Source: Bacteroidia bacterium (GTDB taxonomy: Bacteria > Bacteroidota > Bacteroidia > SpSt-205). Taken from it: a stretch of DNA of 64,000 nt. A program made the translations under genes and the position numbers. Shown here piece after piece: positions 29,827 to 37,737 of this stretch (within the stretch, counting starts at the first letter, position 1; the number at the start of each line of letters is the position of its first letter). Under the pieces are notes generated by a model. It saw nothing but the letters and a program-made list of their open reading frames with translations. It ran no database searches and was not told the DNA's origin. The stretch is taken from assembly GCA_039630325.1 (NCBI GenBank), contig JBCNVG010000028.1, forward strand, positions 16,242-80,241, read 5' to 3'.

Positions 29827-30486
29827 TTAGTCGTCTCGCCAATAGTCGTAAATCTTCTCCCGCTTGACTTGAGCTTTCTCTGACAAATAGCGCACGAGCC
29901 TGTACACTGCGATGGGATCCAAAAGAGGATAAGTAGGACGCAAAGTTCTTTCATAGTACAAATCACGATAGCGCTGCTGAGCAATCTTAATGCGCTCCTG
30001 CGGATCAGCAGGTAGATTTTGCATAAAATAGGCGATAAGCTCAGGACTCACATTATCGCGGGCAGGTTGAGTCTGAGTTTCTAATGGGATATTGAGTAGG
30101 GCTGTACGCAGCTCCTCTGGGGTGCGTATACTGCTAATGCGTACGGTAGGCAGCTCTATGGTATCTTCTACGAGATAATGCACCGCATAAATGAGCCCCT
30201 GCGTAGTATCACCCACGTAAGAATCTAAGTAAGCACCTACCGAGAAACGTGCTCGCTTGTATCCCAGAGCCGAGAAGATTAGCGTATCTCCTCGGATGAC
30301 GGGCAAGCTGTAAAACCCTTCTGCATTAGATACGGTACCACGACGAGTCTTCCCTACCCGTATTGAGACAAAAGGGATGGGCTCCCCCGTCGTAGCGCTG
30401 AGAATCATCCCAGAGAGCTGATAGACAGTAGGCTCTATTTGAGCGCATACCATCCCCAAAAGGAGCAGCCCAAATGCTGCTTTCAT
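29827..30486 (-). CDS. CarboxypepD_reg-like domain protein (secreted)
   Basis: 219-aa ORF with a signal peptide (MKAAFGLLLLGMVCAQ) followed by LSGMILSATTGEPIPFVSIRVGKTRRGTVSNAEGFYSL, typical of the carboxypeptidase-like regulatory domain. Its start overlaps the upstream stop by 4 nt. Confidence 0.6.
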   Translation of the reverse strand: MKAAFGLLLLGMVCAQIEPTVYQLSGMILSATTGEPIPFVSIRVGKTRRGTVSNAEGFYSLPVIRGDTLIFSALGYKRARFSVGAYLDSYVGDTTQGLIYAVHYLVEDTIELPTVRISSIRTPEELRTALLNIPLETQTQPARDNVSPELIAYFMQNLPADPQERIKIAQQRYRDLYYERTLRPTYPLLDPIAVYRLVRYLSEKAQVKREKIYDYWRDD

Positions 30487-32330
30487 ACTCGAACAGCTGC
30501 CAGCAAGACATCGTCAGTAAGCGCAGCCCCTTCTCGCCAACTCTCAAACTCTTGTTGTATGGTAAATAGCCAGTCAGAGAGGTCTTGAGGAGGATGTTTG
30601 GCGAGGAACTCCCGCACTGCACTGCGTCCATAGCGTTTGCCATCTGACGCGCGTACTTGCCGTTCCCATCCATCAGTCACGAACAGAAGAACCCAGTTCT
30701 TCTCAATAGGGATTATCGTGCTTGTATACAAGCGAGGTGATTTCTCTCCTTCTATCTTCTGCCCAATGAGCCGCTTATCAGGAGCCAGCTGCTCCCATCC
30801 CAGTATTGGATTATGTACCCAGAGCGGTATTTGCGCCCCTGCATAATGAACCTCCCCTGCATTTGGCAGAACTGTACATACCCCCATTTGCAAACCTTCC
30901 GACTGAATAGCCTCTATCTCAGCAGAGCTGGCTTTGGTGGGCGAGTACAAAAGATCTAGTAAGCTTTTATGCAGTTGACTAAGAATCTTTCCAGGGTCCG
31001 TAACCCCCCGCATAGTGATAATCTCATAGAGAAGCGTATGTGCTATTGTAGAAAGGATCGCTGCGGAAACGCCTGCCCCAGATGCATCCGCTACGATAAA
31101 TATAAGCGCTCCCTCTTTACCTCTGCCGACCCAGAGAAAATCACCGCTAACCATACTCCGAGGGACAAGCCAATATACACTTTCGGGAAACACTTGCTTG
31201 AGCTCAGCGCTTCCATGGAGGAGCGCCTCTTGGATGCGACTGGCTACGATAATATCCGCCTGAGCCTCCTTCTGCATGCCGATAATGTCCTCTCGCACCA
31301 CTTTTTGTATGGCCGCCAGAGTATTTTTCGTAACTGCACGCTGGAGAGCTATGTGCTTGTTTGCATACTCTCTATAGTACTTATAAGCAGTTTCGTAGTC
31401 GCCCATACTCTCTGCCAAACGAGCCCAGAGCTGAGGCATGACATAGTCAAGCGTTCCATGTTTCGTGTAATCAAGCACTTTATTGATTTTTTCCAGGTTT
31501 TCCCGCGCTTTATCCAGAAGATTTAGCTTTAGTTGGCAATCTGCCATCGCTGCGTAAATACCTGCGAGCAGGTGAGGATTCTGAATGCCTGAGGCCAACT
31601 TCTCCCCTCGCTCCAATATCTGCATAGCTTGCTCTATCTGGTCCCGTTCTTGCAGAAGCTCAGCCTGAGCTACCATTACTCTCACCACAAGGTCCTCCTC
31701 ACCCAAGTCAGAGGCAATATCAAATGCCCTATTGAGCCAACTTTCAGCCTTTTCATAATCTTTAATAGCCGAAAATAGCTGTCCTATGGTCATTGTAGAG
31801 AAAAACTCTCCATGAGGATTATTATTCTTTTGATGAATTTCTAAGGCTTTCTGATGATATTCAAGGGCCAGCTCATACTCTTCCAGCTCGCCTAAAAGAG
31901 ACCCCAGATTAGCCAGGGCTTGGGCATAATGAGCCGATAGATCAGGTATAAGCTGCAGATAACGAAGGGAGCGGCTGTAATATTCTACGGCTCGTGCGAG
32001 CTTGCCTCTTTGATGGTAGGCCGTGGCAAGGTTAGAAAGTACAAGTCCTATGCCCCGCATATCATCCAGACGCTCAAATAGCGCCAAAGCCTCTTGCAGA
32101 TACGCTTCCGCCACTTCTGGGCGCCCCGAAATGGCATAAGCAATCCCGATATTGCGAAGAGCCCAGGCTTGTCCAGAGTGATACTTTATGGATTTTGCTT
32201 TTTCAAAGGCATCTAAGGCTATGCGTAAGGCGAGGTCCGTATTATTATACCGCTCTTCGTAGGCCTGCGCATTCATTTGGTCGATCAGCTCCCGCTGACG
32301 CTGAACCTCTGCTTTAAGCAGCTCGTTCAT
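30483..32330 (-). CDS. TPR-repeat sensor fused to a PP2C/SpoIIE-type phosphatase
   Basis: 615-aa ORF. The N-terminal about 330 aa consists of TPR units (ALRNIGIAYAISGRPEVAEAYLQEAL and similar). The C-terminal SpoIIE domain carries SGDFLWV, ADASGAGVSAA, TDGWERQ and TDDVLLAAVRV. Confidence 0.8.
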   Translation of the reverse strand: MNELLKAEVQRQRELIDQMNAQAYEERYNNTDLALRIALDAFEKAKSIKYHSGQAWALRNIGIAYAISGRPEVAEAYLQEALALFERLDDMRGIGLVLSNLATAYHQRGKLARAVEYYSRSLRYLQLIPDLSAHYAQALANLGSLLGELEEYELALEYHQKALEIHQKNNNPHGEFFSTMTIGQLFSAIKDYEKAESWLNRAFDIASDLGEEDLVVRVMVAQAELLQERDQIEQAMQILERGEKLASGIQNPHLLAGIYAAMADCQLKLNLLDKARENLEKINKVLDYTKHGTLDYVMPQLWARLAESMGDYETAYKYYREYANKHIALQRAVTKNTLAAIQKVVREDIIGMQKEAQADIIVASRIQEALLHGSAELKQVFPESVYWLVPRSMVSGDFLWVGRGKEGALIFIVADASGAGVSAAILSTIAHTLLYEIITMRGVTDPGKILSQLHKSLLDLLYSPTKASSAEIEAIQSEGLQMGVCTVLPNAGEVHYAGAQIPLWVHNPILGWEQLAPDKRLIGQKIEGEKSPRLYTSTIIPIEKNWVLLFVTDGWERQVRASDGKRYGRSAVREFLAKHPPQDLSDWLFTIQQEFESWREGAALTDDVLLAAVRV

Positions 32331-33568
32331 AAAAGAGAGGGTTGCTTGAGGTAATAGCCTGTACGAAGTCTTTCGGCGATTAGGCCGAAAGTTTCCACTG
32401 TACGCTGAACATCCTCCTCTGTATGGGCGGCCGTGGGGATGAGGCGCAAGATGATTTTTCCACGTTCTATCACCGGGTAAGTAACGACGGAACAGAAAAT
32501 ACCAAAGTTTTCGCGCAGGTCTCGCACCAGAGCTATCGCTTCCTGCTCATTGCCCGAGAGATACACAGGTGTAACGGGCGATTCAGTAGGACCAATATCC
32601 AATCCTGCATTTCGGAGGCCAGTTTGAAGGAGATTAGTAATATGCCATAACCTTTGGAGACGCTGAGGCTGAGAGCGAATAATCTGCAGGCGCTTACGCG
32701 CTCCGATGACGAGAGCTATAGGAAGCGACTTTGCATAAATCTGGCTGCGCAAATGATACCGTAGATACTGTATAACCTCTTTCTCTCCAGCCACAAAGGC
32801 CCCAATAAGAGCCATACTTTTAGCAAAAGTGGCCAGCCAAATATCCACGGCCTCTTCTACCCCGAAATGTTCTGGTACTCCTCGTCCAGTCCGACCCATT
32901 ACCCCGAAGCCATGTGCGTCATCCACGAGCAAACGAAACGGGTATTTAGCTTTCAAGGCCGCTATCTTATCCAGCACTCCCATATCGCCCCGCATGCCAA
33001 AAACACCTTCAGTAACCACCAGAATGCCTCCGCCGGTTTTGTCTACATGAGCCACTGCGCGCTGAAGTCTCTCTTCTAAGTGCCCTATGTCATTGTGGCG
33101 GAAACTGAACCGCAGTGCTGACGTAAGCCGCACCCCATCAATCAAGCAAGCATGCGCAAGTTGGTCATAAATCACCACATCATGCCTATCCAATAGAGCA
33201 TCTATCACAGACATGAACCCCTGATAGCCATAGTTGAGGAGGAAAGCGTCTGGCTTTCCGACAAACTCTGCCAGCTCTCGTTCCAAAGCTTCGTGCTCGT
33301 CGGTATTGCCAGTAAGCATACGCGAGCCCATAGGATAGGCAAAGCCATATTCCGCCGCAGCCTGGGCATCCGCCCTACGAACCTCTGGGTCATTTGCCAG
33401 CCCTAGGTAATCATTCAGCGACCAGACCAGCACGGGGCGCCCCTGAAACTTCATATGAGGGCCTATGGGCCCCGTAAGCTTAGGAAATGCAAGATAATGA
33501 TGGCCGATCTCCGCATATTTACCTAAGTCCTCGCCCATACGGGCGCGAACCTTTTCAAATAAATCCAT
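32327..33568 (-). CDS. alpha-oxoamine synthase family PLP enzyme (Spt / Kbl / BioF-like acyl-CoA:amino acid C-acyltransferase)
   Basis: Features are NDYLGLANDP, DDAHGFG and a PLP-lysine context ATFAKSMA. The N-terminal segment HYLAFPKLTGPIGPHMKFQGRPVLVW resembles Spt-type rather than Kbl-type enzymes. ATG 33568 is preceded by a TAACTTTG box 6 nt upstream. The ORF track start is TTG 33577. Confidence 0.85.
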   Translation of the reverse strand: MDLFEKVRARMGEDLGKYAEIGHHYLAFPKLTGPIGPHMKFQGRPVLVWSLNDYLGLANDPEVRRADAQAAAEYGFAYPMGSRMLTGNTDEHEALERELAEFVGKPDAFLLNYGYQGFMSVIDALLDRHDVVIYDQLAHACLIDGVRLTSALRFSFRHNDIGHLEERLQRAVAHVDKTGGGILVVTEGVFGMRGDMGVLDKIAALKAKYPFRLLVDDAHGFGVMGRTGRGVPEHFGVEEAVDIWLATFAKSMALIGAFVAGEKEVIQYLRYHLRSQIYAKSLPIALVIGARKRLQIIRSQPQRLQRLWHITNLLQTGLRNAGLDIGPTESPVTPVYLSGNEQEAIALVRDLRENFGIFCSVVTYPVIERGKIILRLIPTAAHTEEDVQRTVETFGLIAERLRTGYYLKQPSLL

Positions 33569-33579
33569 ACGCAGCAAAG

Positions 33580-33894
33580 TTAGTCAGGTATAGGCGTAAT
33601 CTCTAAGGCGACCAATCGTAAAATGGGCTTGGGTGCTCCCTGCGGCGGATGCCAAAGTCGACCCTCCAAAGCAAATCGTACCCGCACTCGGGTGCGAAGG
33701 GGAAGTAGCCGACACTTTTCCAGTAACGCATCATGCACTTCTATGGGGATCATCTGCGGAGAAGGCGTTTCTGTTAGAATAATGAGCTGCTGCTTGATGC
33801 GCCCCAAGCCATATTTGACAGGCGCAGCGACCGAGTAAAGAAGCCCCGTTAGCTCGTATTCAGGGGCGCCGCTGGTGCCGCTCTCGTAAGACAT
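33580..33894 (-). CDS. small OB-fold-like protein, DUF3127-like
   Basis: 104-aa ORF. The pattern YELTGLLYSV...QQLIILTE...VRVRFALEGRLW loosely matches DUF3127. Its start overlaps the hisIE 3' end by 35 nt. Confidence 0.45.
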   Translation of the reverse strand: MSYESGTSGAPEYELTGLLYSVAAPVKYGLGRIKQQLIILTETPSPQMIPIEVHDALLEKCRLLPLRTRVRVRFALEGRLWHPPQGAPKPILRLVALEITPIPD

Positions 33895-34452
33895 CTTTTA
33901 CTGCGTCGGGCGAAATTCCCGCAGCATACAAAAGTACCCATAGATGATATAATAGATCTGCGGCCTCTTCCACTAAACGCTCTGGCTGAGAAATAGCTGC
34001 AATTGCCGTTTCTACGGCTTCTTCACCGACTTTCTGAGCCAGTCGGGGCATCCCCAAGGAAAGAAGGCGAGCAGTATAACTTTTTTCAGCAGAGAGTTGC
34101 GCCCTCTCCCGTATTATGCGCCATAAGTGACCGAGAAAATCCCCGCTCAGTTCTCCTTCCTCTGAAAAGCAAGTGTAGGTACCACGATGACAGGTCGGCC
34201 CCTCTGGTATCGCCCGAATTAAGATCATCCCCATCGCAGTCTAACCGTATCTCTACTACCCGCAGGTAGTGACCCCGATGACTCACCTTTCACCCAGAGC
34301 CTGCGCCGACTACGGCTATAGAAGGTTACTAAGCCCGTCTCCTGTGTGTGCTGAAAAGCTTCGTCATCCATATATCCAAGCATCAAAACAGCGTGAGTCT
34401 CAGCATCTTGAACGATAGCGGGGAGAAGGCCTTTAGAAAAATCTGGACTCAT
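33860..34452 (-). pseudogene. hisI: hisIE (phosphoribosyl-AMP cyclohydrolase / phosphoribosyl-ATP pyrophosphatase) interrupted by two frameshifts
   Basis: The HisI N-half is in frame A (34225..34452). The conserved [17 protein letters not shown] is in frame B (inside ORF 34086..34286). LIRAIPEGPTCHRGTYTCF plus the whole HisE domain are in frame C (33860..34234). The shifts occur at the C4 run 34273..34276 and at the A/T runs 34217..34224. Confidence 0.8.
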
Positions 34453-35213
34453 AAGCGCACGGGAATCCCGCTGTCCCTCAAAAATAGCTTGACCTGTCGA
34501 GGGGTGAGGGTTCCTTCATGAAAGAGACCCGCAGCCAAAGCGGCATCTGCTTTCCCCTCAGTAAATACTTCCAAAAAGTGTTCTAACCGGCCTGCGCCAC
34601 CCGAGGCAATGACTGGTATATTCACTGCATCTACCACACCTTGCGTAAGTTGAATATCAAAACCTTGACGAGTCCCATCCCGACCAATAGCGGTGAGTAG
34701 AATTTCCCCTGCCCCCCATGTTTCAGCCTGTTGACACCAGGAAAAAGCGTCTAAATCGGTTCTTTCCCGTCCTCCTCGGATATACACGCGGTATCCGTCC
34801 CTCTCAGCCAGGGCATCTACGGCAAGTACTATACACTGCCGACCAAATAGAGCTGCTCCCTCCGAGAGGAGATTAGGCTGAAGAACCGCCGCAGTATTGA
34901 GCGACACTTTATCTGCGCCTGCTTCTAATAGCCGCCGGATATCCTCTACGCTCCATACTCCACCGCCCACTGTGAAAGGTATACGCAATCTACTGGCAAT
35001 TCGTTCTACCGCTCGGGTGAAAGTTCGCCGCCCTTCTACACTGGCTGATATGTCTAAATACACCAGCTCATCTGCTCCAAGCTCCTCGTACAGAAGCCCC
35101 AGTTCTACGGGGTCGCCCACATCCCGCAAATGGAGAAACTGAACGCCTTTTACCACTCGCCCTTCATGAACATCTAAGCAGGGAACGATTCGTCGAGTGA
35201 GCATATTAATCAA
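34449..35213 (-). CDS. hisF: imidazole glycerol phosphate synthase, cyclase subunit
   Basis: 254-aa ORF with RIVPCLDV...VVKGV, TVGGGV and IASGGAG motifs. 4-nt overlaps with both neighbours. Confidence 0.95.
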   Translation of the reverse strand: MINMLTRRIVPCLDVHEGRVVKGVQFLHLRDVGDPVELGLLYEELGADELVYLDISASVEGRRTFTRAVERIASRLRIPFTVGGGVWSVEDIRRLLEAGADKVSLNTAAVLQPNLLSEGAALFGRQCIVLAVDALAERDGYRVYIRGGRERTDLDAFSWCQQAETWGAGEILLTAIGRDGTRQGFDIQLTQGVVDAVNIPVIASGGAGRLEHFLEVFTEGKADAALAAGLFHEGTLTPRQVKLFLRDSGIPVRL

Positions 35214-35926
35214 GTGCGAGTTATGCTTTTCCAGGCAGGGGGGTCTGCGTAGAGGGCTTTACCGACGATAGCTGCCGAAATTCCCACTCGGGCCAGCGCC
35301 TCTATATCCGCTGGATGACGAATCCCGCCCGACGCAATGATGCGAGCTGGATAGGCTGCCATTTGCAACGTCTGATAAAACCTAATATCCGGACCACTAA
35401 GCATGCCATCTCGGTCAACTTGGGTACATAGAAAAGTAGTGACTCCTTTTTGGTGCCACCGCTGGATGAAATCCTCCACCGCTATCGGAGCTACCGTTTG
35501 CCAGCCACGATATGCTATGCACCCTCCCCTCACATCCGCCGCTAAAATGAAACGATCAGCTCCATAAGTCTGTATGAGCCTATCTACTAACTCAGGGTCC
35601 TCTATAGCGAGACTACCGAGAACTAAAAAGTCAAATCCTGCTTTTATCCCCCACTCAACGGCCTCTACGGAGCGCAGACCACCCCCCAGGTTCATAGTTA
35701 CTTCAGGAAAGCTCTGACGAAGCTCATATAAGAGCTCTTTTTGCACCAACTGCCCCTCCTTCGCGCCAGAAAGATCCACCAAGTGCCACCAACGCAGCCC
35801 CCACTCGCGCAGCTGCCGAGCGGCTTGTAGGGGGGAATCGGCCACCTTCTCTATAGCTGTAAACTCCCCTCGACGCAAACGCACAACATTCCCCTCCCAC
35901 AAATCTATCGCAGCTATGACTTGCAT
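35210..35926 (-). CDS. hisA: ProFAR isomerase
   Basis: 238-aa ORF starting MQVIAAIDLWEGNVVRL, with GGGLRS and ASGGI motifs, positioned between hisH and hisF. Confidence 0.9.
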   Translation of the reverse strand: MQVIAAIDLWEGNVVRLRRGEFTAIEKVADSPLQAARQLREWGLRWWHLVDLSGAKEGQLVQKELLYELRQSFPEVTMNLGGGLRSVEAVEWGIKAGFDFLVLGSLAIEDPELVDRLIQTYGADRFILAADVRGGCIAYRGWQTVAPIAVEDFIQRWHQKGVTTFLCTQVDRDGMLSGPDIRFYQTLQMAAYPARIIASGGIRHPADIEALARVGISAAIVGKALYADPPAWKSITRT

Positions 35927-36507
35927 ACTTTGAGAAAGTTTCGCAAAAGCTGCATACCTGCTGCTCCACTTTTCTCTGGATGAAACTGAGTGCCCCAGAA
36001 TAATCCCCTTCGCACCACGGCGGAAAAAGTCTCTCCATACTCAGACACCCCGACTGTATAGTCTCCTACTTCGGCCCGGTAGCTATGGACGAAATAAGCG
36101 TAGAAAGTTTCTGGAAGGCCCGCCTGTAAGGGATCTTCTTTAGACCACTGCACCAGATTCCAGCCAATGTGCGGCAGACGAACTACCCCTCTGAAAAGCT
36201 GAACTTGAAAGGGGAAAATACCTAAGCCAGGAGCTGGCCCCTCTTCGGACCCTTGACCTAAGAGCTGCATGCCTAAACAGATGCCTAAGAAGGGACGCTC
36301 CCACTGAGGTATCCATTCCCAAAGGCCACGACGCTGAAGGTCGTAAACAGCGGGCAGCGCAGCGCCCACCCCCGGAAATACTAGTCCTCCACATTCCCTC
36401 AGCACCTCAGGTTGATCAGAGTAAATCACTTCTACCCCAAGCTCCTCCAAAGCACTCCAAATAGAACGTACATTCCCCCCTCGATAGGCTATGACCCCAA
36501 TCTTCAT
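35914..36507 (-). CDS. hisH: imidazole glycerol phosphate synthase, glutamine amidotransferase subunit
   Basis: 197-aa ORF with a class-I GATase Cys in GICLGMQLL and a C-terminal FHPEKS. Confidence 0.9.
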   Translation of the reverse strand: MKIGVIAYRGGNVRSIWSALEELGVEVIYSDQPEVLRECGGLVFPGVGAALPAVYDLQRRGLWEWIPQWERPFLGICLGMQLLGQGSEEGPAPGLGIFPFQVQLFRGVVRLPHIGWNLVQWSKEDPLQAGLPETFYAYFVHSYRAEVGDYTVGVSEYGETFSAVVRRGLFWGTQFHPEKSGAAGMQLLRNFLKVCKS

Positions 36508-37625
36508 AGAGACCCCTTGGTAGAAGGAACTAAAGCGGCTTCTCCCTCCCGATGAAGAGCCTCACGGAGGGCACGGCCTACGCCCTTAAAGACAGCTTCT
36601 ACAATATGGTGCGCATCTTCTCCACGACTTTGAATATGAAGGGTAATCGCCGCCTCTCGAGCCAGCGTTTCAAAGAAGTGCTTCCACAGAGTCGGAGTAA
36701 TGCCGCCCAAACTTTCAGTTAGAGGAAGCTGCCAGGTCGCCAGCCCCCTACCGCTAATGTCAATCGCCACGACACTAATCGCTTCATCCATGGGAAGCCA
36801 ACGCGCAGCATCTACCGATTGTCCATATCGGTGAATTCCCCGCTTGTCCCTAAGTAGCTGATATAAAGCCTGCCCCAGCGTAATCGCTACATCTTCTACC
36901 GTATGATGAGGATCTACCCAAAGGTCCCCCTCCGCCCTTAGCTCCAAATCCCACCCAGCATGAAAAGCCAAAAGGGTCAGCATATGGTCAAAAAATCCTA
37001 TGCCAGTTTGTATCGAGGTTTGACCCTCCCCATATAGCGAGAGGAAAAGCTCCACAGAAGTTTCCTTTGTTTTACGGGATAATCGGATAGAAAATACGCG
37101 ACGCCTGAGCAATCCTTGTATTTCTGGCCAGCTTTTCACGATATAAGCAAAGGGAAGCGGTTCCTGCGAATGGATGGGATTCGCCATCCATATGCCTCTG
37201 AGACCGAGCCGCTGCGCTAAAAGCATATCTGTAAGCCTATCCCCTATCACAAAGCTGCGTTCTCTATCAATTCCCTTTTCTACATATGGCAGAAGCAAAA
37301 GGGGGGACGGTTTTCGATAAAAGGAAGGGGTCTCACTTCGACTTCGGTCAATATGGAGACCATACCATGAAATACCCTCTGCAGCAAAAATATCCATAAG
37401 AAGACGCTGAATCGTCCAGAATCGCTCCTCAGGGAAACTCTCACTTCCCAAGCCATCTTGATTGGTAATCATTACGAGCTGATACCCCCCCACTTGCTGC
37501 GCCCATCGCAAAACCGATATAACCCGGGGCAGAAGTTTTAGACGCTCACAGCTGTCTATTTGCTGCGTATCGGGCGGCTCTACAATCAGAGTACCATCCC
37601 TGTCTATGAAAAGGTAGCGCTCCAC
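36504..37625 (-). CDS. hisB: bifunctional histidinol-phosphatase / imidazoleglycerol-phosphate dehydratase
   Basis: 373-aa ORF with an N-terminal HAD motif FIDRDGTL and a C-terminal IGPD domain (HHTVEDVAITLGQAL, DAHHIVEAVFKGVGRAL). GTG start at 37625. Confidence 0.9.
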   Translation of the reverse strand: MERYLFIDRDGTLIVEPPDTQQIDSCERLKLLPRVISVLRWAQQVGGYQLVMITNQDGLGSESFPEERFWTIQRLLMDIFAAEGISWYGLHIDRSRSETPSFYRKPSPLLLLPYVEKGIDRERSFVIGDRLTDMLLAQRLGLRGIWMANPIHSQEPLPFAYIVKSWPEIQGLLRRRVFSIRLSRKTKETSVELFLSLYGEGQTSIQTGIGFFDHMLTLLAFHAGWDLELRAEGDLWVDPHHTVEDVAITLGQALYQLLRDKRGIHRYGQSVDAARWLPMDEAISVVAIDISGRGLATWQLPLTESLGGITPTLWKHFFETLAREAAITLHIQSRGEDAHHIVEAVFKGVGRALREALHREGEAALVPSTKGSL

Positions 37626-37633
37626 AGATATGG

Positions 37634-37661
37634 CAAAGGTAACATTCGCTCAACGCGACAA
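37634..37661 (-). promoter_or_regulatory. putative his-operon promoter (-33 TTG, 17-nt spacer, -7 TACCTTTG)
   Basis: On the minus strand, TACCTTTG (37634..37641) lies 8 nt upstream of GTG 37625, and a TTG lies at 37659..37661. There is no room for a leader peptide or attenuator. Confidence 0.45.
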
Positions 37662-37737
37662 GGGACTAAGAAGACACCATACAGCGAACTCGGTAACCCC
37701 ATATCATTAGGGTCAAGCGCAAAACTGATATTTACAC

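Noticed and set aside
30969-31526. 185-aa plus-strand ORF opposite the TPR-SpoIIE gene
   Set aside because: Shadow ORF of a strongly supported minus-strand gene, with no motif and no promoter box.
33929-33936. Exact TACTTTTG box inside hisIE, 34 nt upstream of the DUF3127-like ATG
   Set aside because: The gap is much larger than the 3-9 nt seen at the other sites and the box lies within coding sequence. It could be a leadered internal promoter or chance, so it was not counted in the pattern.
37626-37737. Possible histidine leader peptide, attenuator or T-box upstream of hisB
   Set aside because: The -7 box lies 8 nt from the hisB GTG, leaving no room for a leader. No His-codon run or terminator/antiterminator pairing is visible in the 112-nt spacer.
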